The notes under the pieces are model-generated. The model was given only the letters and a program-made list of their open reading frames with translations. It did not search any database and was not told the origin of the DNA. DNA of 63,026 bases, filler included, from Pelomyxa schiedti (taxonomy: Eukaryota; Protista; Evosea), in assembly GCA_020536535.1 (NCBI GenBank). It is 10 parts of 10 records of this genome, joined end to end, with 100 filler letters (N's around TTAATTAATTAA, not from the genome) between each part and the next. Parts side by side here need not be neighbours in the genome. Positions count along the whole stretch, not along the records: positions 1 to 5,184 come from JAHLWZ010001515.1; positions 5,285 to 8,774 come from JAHLWZ010001737.1; positions 8,875 to 20,417 come from JAHLWZ010001237.1; 7 more parts are not named here. The stretch is one strand, 5' to 3'. Positions 1 to 11,567 of the stretch are shown piece by piece. The position numbers were made by a program, and so were the translations under genes. The first letter of the stretch is position 1. Every line of letters begins with the position of its first letter.

Positions 1-309
1 AGAATCTGCCAGAGGGCAGGTCTCAGAGAAACCGTATGAGGCACATATTGGGTTGTAATTACAACAACCTCTCTCTGTGTCATGTGAGCCAGCACCAGAG
101 GAGACAGCACCACAACTGGGTGCTGATGTGTGCCACTACCAAAACTGAGTTGCCACAGTTGCGAAAAAAAAAAAAACAGAATATCCATGTCGTCATTCAA
201 CCCCACCTGCAACTGCAAGCAGTTCAAAACAATTGGTGTCAACACACCCGACGCGCGGCGAGACTCTTTGGTGACTTTTGAAAAAAAAAAAAAAAGACAA
301 CCAAAAAAA

Positions 310-650
310 CCCTCAGAGGAAAAAAAAAAGGGACTGAGGGACCCATAATGTCGTTTCGAGGAAAGCCGGACACATCATAAAATCCGGCAAAGTGGGGGGA
401 ATCCGGAAACGCCAACATCCAGTGGCACTCCACTCGCTGTAACAGGCGGCTGGTCTTTCGCCATCCATAAGAGCCATGACGGATTCGGCCCCGTGCCTCT
501 GTGGTGTTGCCTACCGCTATGAGAAAAGCCTGAAACCTAATTAAGCTCTGGAGACCTTCAAAACGGGTTTAAAGAGCCTGGGGTGGACGCCTCCCCTCCA
601 GAGCTGTTGGGTGGACGGCCGGTGCTATTTTTTTTTCCCCCCCCACTTGT
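310..650. ncRNA. Candidate structured non-coding RNA (unassigned)
   Basis: Compatible helices 310-316/334-340, 365-370/383-388, 390-399/639-648, 544-553/596-605 and an irregular helix 413-428/493-509. Flanked by oligo-A and oligo-T runs. No convincing ORF. Confidence 0.25.
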
Positions 651-859
651 TTTCTCTCCCCACTGCCCTGCCTGAAATAGCCGACATCGGTTCCGTGCGC
701 TGAATTGTGGGTTAGTTAGTTGTGTTAGAGATAAGTTGTGGCCTGGAAAATCCCCTTTCTTTTTTGAATGGTACACAGTTTATTTTGCACTTGTGGGGTT
801 ATGAATGTTGTTCATTCTCTATTTTTAACTAACGTGCTATGCTATGGGGATTGAATATT

Positions 860-1330
860 GATGCTAGAGATTCTGTGCGCCAATTTGCACGCAACACCGA
901 TTGGGAGTTGTGGGAACAGCCCCACAATGTCCTTGGCTTCAAGTTCCACAAATGCCCATCCCGGTGGCACAATGATCTTCCTGGCGCGGTCGATGGTACG
1001 TGATGAATGCTGCCGTTGATCCCCAAGTAAGTGCCCCAATCAAATTAGATTCCACTCTTCTCACATATATACTCCAGTGACTTGAGGACCCTTCGGTAAC
1101 AAACAAACACCGCACTCAGGTAAATTCAACCCCCACCAACACGAACTTTTCCCCCAGAGAGGTTGAGGCTGCTGGTTCACCGTGGTCTATTCTCAACACC
1201 CACACTCCAGCAGTAAATAAAAGATACTTTTCCTCTTGTAAACATCTCTGCTTTTTCCTACAGCTTCTGCATCCCAACCATGATCAATCCCACCTTTTTG
1301 CAGAATTCGTGCCTTTCACTGTTTGGTTGA
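860..1330 (+). CDS. Possible small multi-exon gene of unknown function
   Basis: Several clean GT..AG introns on the + strand (e.g. 1027-1077 gtaagt...tccag) separate short open segments (e.g. REVEAAGSPWSILNTHTP). No family recognised. Confidence 0.25.
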
Positions 1331-1337
1331 TGATGGG

Positions 1338-4300
1338 ATGTCGTACAGCGCACCTGCGACAAAAAAACCGAGGCTAGAGTCGTACACCGAGGCAGCGTTG
1401 CACACCAAGTTGGGTCGGCTCACGAGGTAACTGACACCATCCCCTCCTTTTTGTTTTTCCTATTTTTCCCTATTTCTCCCACACATATAGGGAAGTTGAC
1501 AGTTTGCTTTCAAATGTGGAGGTGTTGTTGTCCAATCCTCCCCCTCCTCAGCCTCCTCTTCAGCCCTTACTTACACCAGCAATACCAAGCAGCACAACCA
1601 CAACCAGTGGGATTTACCCCAAGACAGAAGGGGTAAATCATCAACACGTGAAGAATTCATCATCCAACAATGCAACTGTGTGTTACTCATCCGTGGCATC
1701 GAAATCCGTACCAGACCGTCATGATCAATGTGTTGTGAACGATGGTGGTCGTGGTGGCGGCGAGCAGCACAGCGCAGTTCCAAAGGCGGAGGTGAAGAGT
1801 CCTCTGGCCTCTGTAAGTGACGTCACAGCTACAGTTGCAAAAAGGGGACCGCGCGAGTTCTCCACTCCTGATTTCCTTCTGAGAGACCTTGGTGTGACTT
1901 GTACCACAACTTCCGTTCCTGGGTGGGTTCGCTTCTGCTTGTTGTGGTTGCTTGCATCTTTCTGAAATCTAATTGGAGGCACGCTAGTGTTGGCACGGCG
2001 GGGTTGTTGAGGCCTGCTGACTCTCTGGCATCATCATGTGGCAAGTCCTTGGGAGCATTCTAAATCCCTGTTGTTGTCTTACTTTCATTGCAGACCCGCC
2101 CAACCGTTCTGTTTTTGCTGCTCCACATAGTCTGGGCGTTTCAGCCAGTTTACCTTTCACTGTCATTGATGTTAGTGAGCAGACAGTCTTTGAGGATGTT
2201 TACAAACAGTGGCGGAGTCAACGTTCATTTTCTTGGTCAATATTATACTCCTCAACTCTGATCAAAGTACCTTTGCAAGTATGAACCACAGTGAGTGACT
2301 ATTACGTGCGTAGCTAACACCCATCATGGATTGGCAGGCAGACCAAGACACAACTGATGAAGCTGAAATTGCCTTTTTACCAAATGCGTTTTCTTTTGAA
2401 GGAATATGCATTTGCTGGGATGTTTCAAAAGTTTTTTGGATTCCTCTTCCTTCCTATTCCGAGATTTTTCACTCCAGGTGAGCTCCACTGTATTGACCCC
2501 CACTAACCAGTGTGATGATTATTATAGGATGAAAGCTGTACGATTGATGATGACGAGTGGTGCCTCAAAAATTCTCTACGATATGAAGGCGCAGTTGAAA
2601 TTATTCAAGAAATATAATATCGAAGGTGCCCCCCTAAATGAAATCATGCTATTCTCCTCTGAATTATTTTCCATTCCAGTTGCACCTCCCCTGCAAGATC
2701 CAAAGATTGCATCGTAATTTTAACTCCACTAATTTCAAAAAAAAAATAGTTAATACACTTTGAAAAGGTGGCTGCTATACATGGGTGAAACAAGAGAGTT
2801 GACTCTCCAACAAATTGCTCAAAAGTATACTGGTAGTGTAGTTACCACCTCTCCGGCGTTCACGCAGCTTGACTGGTGTTGCCTAAAGGTAATCGTCAAA
2901 GAATAACTGGATGGGTGCTCTGACATTTGATCACAGGCATTTCAATCATTTTCTGTGATGGTTCCCCTTCTAACTGAACTGAAATCAAGGTTAAATTATT
3001 GTTCCTTTTTTTTTTTATGGCTGATTTTTAACGCAGTAACCTTGAAGAACTATTCCGGAAAGTTGAAATGCCAATTGTTCCCCTCCTTGCAACTATGGAG
3101 TATGTGGGTATTGGATTTAAGAACAAAGTAAGCCAGGATTCAAAAAGCCAGCTCAAATTTATTGTGGCCTAGGAATGTGTGGCACAACGGGACATAGTCC
3201 AAAAAAGGCTAACTGAGCTTGAGGAAACTGCTTACGTCTTGGCAGGTAAAAAATTTTTACTTACAAGCCCAAAAGAAGTTTCAGAGGTTTCTCATTTCAT
3301 CCTTGGCCGCATATTTTTAATTGGTTCAAGGTGTTATTTATTGATTTACAGTTGGGACATGTGAACACCAGCAAGAAGGGTTTCAAGACAACAAATGATA
3401 AGGTCCTTGAACAGTTAGCCCCCCTTCATCCGCTTCCAAGATTGATGAGGCAGCACCGCAAACTGACTCACTTGCTGACAAATCAAATGTACGATTATTC
3501 CTCCTCTCTTGTCTCACCTTATTGAGAAAGGGATACTCTTCACAAGTATTCTTTCAAGAGTCCCGAGTTCAATATGCATAGGATTTACTGCACTTTTCTG
3601 CACACCGCCGTTCCAACTGGCCGTCTTGCTACCAAAGACCCAAATCTCCAGGTTTGCAGCACCTGTTGATAAAATATTTTCGCAGTAACTGTCATTCAGA
3701 GCACTGTAAACGAAGTGGAGTTGATTGAGGATGATGCTGGTACTGGTCCTCCTGTAAAGATCAATATTCGGTAGCAATTATTAAGCCCTCTTTCGTACCG
3801 AATGAACTTAAGCTTTTAAGGTCAGCTTTCATTGCAATGCCCGGATTTGTCCTTGTTTCTGCCGACTATTGCCAGCTCGAAGTCAGACTCATGGCTCACT
3901 TCTCGAAGTTGAGTCTCACTAAACCAACGCTGGCTAACGCATGAGTAGGGATCCTCTCCTTTTGGAAATATTGCATAATGGTCAGGATGTCTTCAAGTCG
4001 ATTGCTGCACAATGGTTGGGAAAGGCAATGGACCACGTTTCTAGCCTTGACCGCCAGCAAAGCAAGGTACAGCTCTCACACAGACCAACAACTTTCTAGA
4101 TGTCCAGCTTATTGGGGGGTTCTTTGTTTCAGCAATTATGCTATGGAATACTGTACGGTATGGGGGCTACTGCACTTTCCCACACACTACATGTCTCAAA
4201 AGAGGAGGCACAAGCAAGTTTACAATCATTCAAGACTAAGTTTGTTGGGTACTACCCACCCCCTTTTTCCCCTCTGTGCACGCACCCCAACAATTTCCCA

Positions 4301-4868
4301 TTCTAGAATTGACGACTTTTTAAAACGAACAATCCGCCAGTGCAAAGAAGATGGTTACGTGAAAACAATTGCAGGTTAGGCACTACCCACTCATTGCTAT
4401 CTTCACTTCTACTACCTTCGAATACTAGGTCGCCGCAGAAACCTTCCTGAGATATTTTCCCATGATTCCGGAAAGTTAAAACGAGCAGAAAGGCAAGCAG
4501 TCAATACAATCTGTCAAGGCAGCGCCGCCGATTTGGTGAAATACGCAATGGTCACTGTGGACAACAACTTGCAGTCCATGGGATTCCGGGACACCACCAG
4601 GCTTATCCTTGAAATGCATGACGAATTAGTGTACGAAGTTGCAGAACAAAATGTGCCACCTGTTGCAGTACGATTCATTTCACAAAACAAAACAAACTCC
4701 CCCACCTATTATCTATCCATGGAACAAAGAAACTAACATCCCAAAACAAACTACAACAAGGCCCTGATCAAGAAGTCAATGGAATCAGCAATCACACTGA
4801 GTGTTCCATTCCCTGTTGTTGTTAAATGCGGCTCTTCCTGGGGCAGGCTCGAACCCTGTAAATTATAA
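1338..4868 (+). CDS. Family A DNA polymerase, Pol theta (POLQ)/Pol nu-type polymerase domain without a helicase; multi-exon
   Basis: Spliced exons give motif A (LVSADYCQLEVRLMAHFS), motif B (LCYGILYGMGA), motif C (LILEMHDELVYEV), QLEMPIVPLLATMEYVGIGF, TGRLATKDPNLQ and VIDVSEQTVFEDVYKQWRSQRSFSWS (resembles the start of the POLQ polymerase region). ATG at 1338 is inferred; TAA is at 4866-4868. Confidence 0.9.
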
Positions 4869-5184
4869 CACCATTGTACAAAGTATCACCTTCGACTTGT
4901 AAAAAAATTAAATTTAAACAACGAAACAAACCACCCTTTGGAATTTCCACATAGGGAAAGAGCAAGTTGAAAGAGGGGTAGGTCCCATGTACTTGGGAAA
5001 ACAAAACAGAAGCCCAATAAAAAGAAAGGTTGACAAAGGAACAGCGATTTATTATTTTTTCTGTGCCAACAACCAAAGACGGCCAAAGCCTCAAAGGGCA
5101 ACGGGAAGGAGTGTGTCTTGGCAGGTAATAGGGTTTCCTTTTCCCCCTGGCTCTATATGTTCAAGTTGGCCAAACCAGTGGCAC

Positions 5185-5284
5185 NNNNNNNNNNNNNNNN
5201 NNNNNNNNNNNNNNNNNNNNNNNNNNNNTTAATTAATTAANNNNNNNNNNNNNNNNNNNNNNNNNNNNNNNNNNNNNNNNNNNN
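5185..5284. other. Artificial contig spacer N44-TTAATTAATTAA-N44
   Basis: The identical 100-bp spacer, with stops in all frames, also occurs at 8775, 20418, 22683, 27650, 28944, 32261, 44690 and 53098. Sequences on either side are not biologically adjacent. Confidence 0.98.
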
Positions 5285-5623
<339 letters not shown>

Positions 5624-5845
5624 TCAAAGAGGAAGGCTGCTGTGTGTATTCTTTCCAGAGGATTTTGTGCAGCTGTGCTGGGGAGTTTGGGGGAAGCAAG
5701 AGATAGCACCTAATCACCGTAAGTGAAAGAGACTTTGGCGAAGTGATCTGAGAAATCATCTAATCTTCCAGCGCTTTTTCTTTGTTGTTTGCCTCAAGAT
5801 CTTGTTGGTTAAGTGGGCGTTGTTGCTCTTTTCTCTTCTTCCGGG

Positions 5846-8044
5846 ATGTCGCACGACGATGTTTTTAAAGACATTGAGGGTTGTGTTTGGTGTTATTCAC
5901 TTGTTGGTTTTTTTTTTAATTCTTCCTAGGTTCCAGTTCGCCAGAGGAATCGAAGAGCCCGTCAAAAGAGGTTCTCGCAGACAGTGGGTCACCTGAAGTG
6001 GCACTGGAAGCTACGAAATTGACCGGCCACAATACCATATTATGGATGGTAAAGCTGCATTTTAGACTTTTTCTTTACCAGTGCTTCTAACGCTGCCATT
6101 TGAAATTAAGACCTATGATTGTGCCGACACCTTCTGGAACACTATGAACGTTACTGGTGCGACGAACCATCACCGATATACTTCTCTAACAGCATGCAGC
6201 GCTGACACCTTATGCTCTCTTGCTTGGTATGACTCATGGGATGTCATATGGTACGTGTGTTGACATTTAGACTCTTAGTGCCTAATCTCTTTGTAGGAAC
6301 GGCTTTCATGTGGATTTCCGTAACACTTCCTCTTTCATACTTTCTCCCCTGATGGTGTCTGTGGCAGATTTTTTTGGCCATTTCAAACTTTTTTATTGCA
6401 ATATCTGCTCCCCCTCTTGGAGCTATGGCAGACACAATGCGAGAACGCAAAACCCCTGTCCTGATTTGCGCCTCGATATACTTCGTCATTACATATATCA
6501 TCCCGGCCTACATGCAGTTGTTTTGGGTTCTTCCCTGGTGGATAATATCCAACCTTGCATACCAATTGGGTCGTAATTTTTATGATGCTCAAATTCCTTT
6601 TGTAACTGGAGCCAAGACGAGACATGTCGTGCAGGTTAGTGGCCACCAAATTATTGCTAAATTACCTTGGCTCATGCTAACACTCAGGCTATTGGAGGAG
6701 GACTCTCATTTTTTGGAGCTCTTTTTGCTATTGCTCTTGTACTGATCCCTCATTAATTGTCACCCTCACCAATGAACAGAGTATTCTTGTAAAAATATTC
6801 TGGGGTCCCTGGACAGCTATAAACGACGAAAATGATGGAACTGATGTTTCACTACTTTCTTTCGGTGGTGTGCGTCAGGTAGGCTAATCAAAGGAGACAG
6901 TTATTTTTATTTACAACCTTCTCCAGTATTTCTGGTTCTGCCTGGCCTTCTTTGTTGTCATCATATTTCCGTACTTATTTCACCACGAGCAGACAACTGA
7001 ACCAACTAAGGAATCAATGTCTGAGGTTTTGACGAATACTCTTCGATCCACTAGTCATTAATGGGTGATGCTATAGATTGTAAAGAAATCTGGCCGGTCA
7101 ACTCTTATAACTCTTAAGGAAATTGTCTCCAGTAGGAATGGGTTGCTGTTCACCATTGCCTGGTTCTTGATCTCCGATGCTGCTAGTGCAGGTTATTCCC
7201 TTGAACTTCATTAAGCATTGTGACATTATTTTATAATAGGACAAGCTTTTATGCCCCTTATGCTGCAAGGGGCTGCTGGAGTCAGTTCCTCACAAACGGA
7301 CTACAACTTCCTTGTGGGGTGTGTTTGTTCCATCTTTTACCTTTGCTCTTAGTACTCTAGAATTCCAGCTTCGATTATTGCAGGGCTTCTAATAGGATTT
7401 CCATTGCGATTTTTTGGATGCCGCATCTGCCTCATTGCTACTGCATGTACCAACTTGATAGCAGAAGGCTTTATGATAATGGCAATTTATCGAGTGGGAA
7501 CGGTATTTCGGGCGCTTCTAATGACGTCTTGTAACGTGGCAACAGTGGACTACTTATGTGTCTTCTATTTTTTCTGGAGCCGCTCTTGGTTTTATTTGGA
7601 TTGTAGGCAGGCAATTCATTATTGAGCTGTCTCCCCCAAGCAAGCTCACTCAGTGGGGAGGTTTCCAGCGTATCAGTGGGTAAGTTCCCAAAACAGTTCT
7701 TTTCCTTTATTAAATGTTCCTTGACAGCCGTGTTGGAAGTGTTTTTTCCCCATTGATATATTCTGCAATTGTGAAATCGCTCTCTGATGATCATTCAGTG
7801 AAGTTTGCGTACTTCATTGCCGTTCTTGTTAGAAGTCTGCTCTTTATCATTGGGATAACAATCACCTGGTTTATCGTCGATCCCCATAAGAGATATGTTG
7901 CTGGAGAGCGTGCTCCATATGAGGGCCTATATGAAAAAGGAGGAAGAGAACCCAGGCCGAAAGAGGAAGTGGAGCTTACTGTTGTTAATGACCAGGTTCC
8001 TGCTCTTCGTTCTCTGTTTTTACTGTGCTAACTCCCTACAGTAA
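5846..8044 (+). CDS. MFS transporter, Atg22/UMF1 family; many short introns
   Basis: Spliced translation ILWM|TYDCADTFWNTMNVT..., FLAISNFFIAISAPPLGAMAD..RKTPVL, IISNLAYQLGRNFYDAQIPFV and C-terminal helices GSVFSPLIYSAIV match the UMF1/Atg22 pattern. Ends are inferred from splice signals. Confidence 0.75.
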
Positions 8045-8398
8045 CTATGTTTTTCTTCCGTTGTTGTAGAACTCCTTCTTTGCCAACCCTTAACTTAACT
8101 CAATATGTCACAATAGTAAACCCTCTTGCAACAATTTTTCTTTTTTGAAGAATATTTTAAGTTGTTGAATTGAGGCTTGTGCTCGTGCCGTGTGCACGCG
8201 TATTGTCCCCCAGGCTGTAATTAAAGCTGAAGGAGCAAGTTGGGCTCGGCCATTCGGATGAAAAGCCGGAGCTATTTTCTCTATGACAATTGCTCTTTTT
8301 TTAGATAGATTCGTGGCTTTTAAAGGGAGTACCAACAGTTTTTTCATTTCAACAAGAACAGACAACCGCAAGCAGACACAACCACAAAAAAAAAATAA

Positions 8399-8774
<376 letters not shown>

Positions 8775-8874
8775 NNNNNNNNNNNNNNNNNNNNNNNNNN
8801 NNNNNNNNNNNNNNNNNNTTAATTAATTAANNNNNNNNNNNNNNNNNNNNNNNNNNNNNNNNNNNNNNNNNNNN

Positions 8875-9789
8875 CAGCATTCCAATCGTTGATTGAAACA
8901 AGATCATGCCCCTTGTGTAAGCCAAATTTGGCACACACCACGCAAATTGGCTGCCGGCACTTATCTGTCTTGCAAAACAGGATAAGTGGTTCCTTGTGCT
9001 CTTTGCATTTCATGAAAGGTAGTTCTGATGGGAAATTGTGCCCTGAGATCGACACTTCAGTTGAGGTGGGGCCAATCAAAGGGAGCCAAGAGATCCCAGG
9101 TGGATCGCCTTATCATGCATTGAACACATATCACATCCACAGTTCAGACAGGTCACAGTCGCTTTATTCTTACATTCAAGAGAGCAAGTAACTGTATGTT
9201 GATCGCGTGTCATTTTTCAATTGTTGAAATCAAAGGAGTTACTCACGCAATTTTGAGCTGGTGATGGAGCCAACCAGAGGATCGTTTACTAGAGCATCCC
9301 TCATACTCGATGAACTTGCAATAAGATTGCTTCTTTTATCCACCTAGAAACCACAATTTTACTCTATCACATATCACATATCACATATCACATATCACAT
9401 ATCACATATCACATATCACATATCAAATATCTACATATCACATATCTACATATCACATATCTACATATCACATATCTACATATCACATATCTACATATCA
9501 CATATCTACATATCACATATCACATATCACATATCAAATATCAAATATCTACATATGAAGTAATGTAAAAAACCTGAAGCCCAGCTGGACGTGATTTTGG
9601 CTGCTCACCACAACCACAACCACAATCGTACGTTTCATTTTCATTTCCACCATGCCGTGAAGTACTAGTACTGGTACTGGTACACCCCGGCCCATAATCA
9701 CAACTACAACTACTGCTCGTGGTCGTGGTGCTAGTCGCAGTCGCTGCAGCCGATTGTTTTTGTTGTTGTTGCGCTGTAGGACTACTCAT
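8875..9789 (-). CDS. B-box zinc-finger (TRIM-like) protein, 5' part; 1-bp frameshift near 9080
   Basis: B-box 1-like CSLECKNKATVTCLNCGCDMCSMHDKAIH is followed in a shifted frame by B-box 2 CKEHKEPLILFCKTDKCRQPICVVCAKFGLHKGHDL. First exon starts MSSPTAQQQQ. Truncated at the spacer. Confidence 0.7.
9365..9556. repeat. Intronic (CATATCA)n heptamer microsatellite with a 15-bp higher-order unit
   Basis: Run of CATATCA units with an internal block of CATATCACATATCTA repeats. Confidence 0.95.
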
Positions 9790-9935
9790 TGTTTTGTTTT
9801 GATTTTGGTCTTGGTGTTTGTAGGAAACGCGCCGGTATAAAAGGCCGCGCCGTGGTCTCATCATTCTTTTTTTTTCGTACAAACTAAAATGATTGGCCAT
9901 TTTCGCAGAAAGCAAAGATTCAGGCGATAGGGGGA

Positions 9936-11111
9936 CTAATAGCCCTTTGAAACAAGGTTAGGAGCAGTCAGAGTTGCAAGGCAAGTACCAGAGTATGCAT
10001 CACTGAGTGATATGAGGAGGGTTGGGCCATCACCAGGTGATCCCCTGTGTGTGGCCTCAGTGACAACAACCCCGGTGCGGGTGACTTTCAACAGGCCATC
10101 AGAATGGAATGTGGCGCAGGGTGTTGTGAGGCCTGGAAGGTGGTATATTTCGACATTGTGGGCCCACATAGTGACCAGGACCGTGTTAGGGTACACGGCG
10201 AGATAGTCACCACCAATGTGGGACACAACTGAGGGAATCGGAAAGGCGTGCACCTGCCCTGTTGATGTGTCCTCAAGTGTGTACTCGCATCTGGGGGAGG
10301 TGTGCATGGACCAAGTGGTCCCTTTTGATGAAGGAAGCTGGAAATCATCAGGAGCTTCAATGACTCTGCTGATCACAAGGGAGCGAGTGCTGTATGTTGC
10401 TGCAAGGTCGATGCGAGATAGGTTGGCACCCAAAGGATCTTCTTCTTGGGTTCTCTCAGTAACAATCAACACACCGTTGAATAGAGATGCCTTAAAAACC
10501 TGTGTGGACCCTGTGGAAACCACAGTGGGTCCTGGAAGCAGGCCAGAGTTTCCAATTTTCCAAACAGCCAAGGAATCATGCACTATTGATACGAGCCAAT
10601 CATCACTGGACAATGTACAGACACAGTAGCCAGTTAGCAAATTTGAAATGATGGGGTTGCCCTTCCCGTCCACAAGCCGAAGCTCCGGAGGCAAATCGTC
10701 AAAGTTGTCCCTGGACACAACGAACTGGTCATGGCCCCCAACGCCGCACACAATGCCAGCGCAGTCCTGGTCGTCCTCAATCATGAAGCAGCGGCTCCTG
10801 ACAACACCCAGCGTGATCGAGAACCCCAGAAACAGCTGCAGGTTTGGCTGGTTGGGGAACCCATCACGCTTCACATCAATCGTAGTCGCGGTCCTCCTCT
10901 GAGGAAGCTCGCGCACGACCCAGTCCCGCCCGATCTGCTCCAAAAGTGCCCCGACGTCACTCACAGCCTTTGCCGGGCAACTACAACTGCTACTCTTGGC
11001 AAGAGTCTCGGTCGTGGGGTGGTTACGCCGATGTGGAAACGACGCACAGGCGAACGCAACGAACTGCTCCCTTGCATCAATTATGTGCCGCAGGTCGACT
11101 TGTTGGTCCAT
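9936..11111 (-). CDS. Lineage-specific single-exon hypothetical protein (ARxQ-motif family, member 1)
   Basis: 419-aa ORF in the track; likely start MDQQVDLRHIIDAREQFVAFACAS at 11111. Confidence 0.75.
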   Translation of the reverse strand: MDQQVDLRHIIDAREQFVAFACASFPHRRNHPTTETLAKSSSCSCPAKAVSDVGALLEQIGRDWVVRELPQRRTATTIDVKRDGFPNQPNLQLFLGFSITLGVVRSRCFMIEDDQDCAGIVCGVGGHDQFVVSRDNFDDLPPELRLVDGKGNPIISNLLTGYCVCTLSSDDWLVSIVHDSLAVWKIGNSGLLPGPTVVSTGSTQVFKASLFNGVLIVTERTQEEDPLGANLSRIDLAATYSTRSLVISRVIEAPDDFQLPSSKGTTWSMHTSPRCEYTLEDTSTGQVHAFPIPSVVSHIGGDYLAVYPNTVLVTMWAHNVEIYHLPGLTTPCATFHSDGLLKVTRTGVVVTEATHRGSPGDGPTLLISLSDAYSGTCLATLTAPNLVSKGY

Positions 11112-11567
11112 TTTTGATAAGTACCCAGAAAGACAACAAAAAAATACAAGGTCTTGTGCACGACAAGTCGAAGCATAAGTTGCACTCAGCAGCACGAATG
11201 CAAGAATGCACTTTGTGGTTTTCTCCTTGCCAAACCTCCCACCTGATTAATCGTCGTGCCTTGGTTCTGACCACGTTCTTGTCTTGGATTGATTCCCACC
11301 TAGTATTAGCCGAAAAACCAAAGGCAATATTTTTTCTCTTCTTTCGATCTGCAATCGCTTATCGTTTACCGAATCGTTACTCTTTCGACGATGGGAACAA
11401 AGCCAGGACAAATCGGCACCGATCGCCCTTCAAAAAGCCACTTTCCAACGCAATTCACTTCATAATTTAATTAAAACCAACAAACAAGCAGTGTAGTTGT
11501 AGCAGTTGTATTCCACGACAAACCAAAGACCCAACCAACAAAATAAAACAAAACAACAACCAACGAA

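Noticed and set aside
358-369. Firm RNase P/MRP or SRP RNA call
   Set aside because: The P4 bulged U, a complementary 3' strand and the SRP helix 8 loop motifs were not found; kept only as an unassigned candidate.
842-1039. SAM-like ORF on the - strand
   Set aside because: Splice signals in this region favour a + strand gene; the resemblance is short and may be chance.
5229-5240. Recurrent TTAATTAATTAA as a biological motif or piggyBac target site
   Set aside because: Always centred in an identical N44 context; it is an artificial six-frame-stop spacer.
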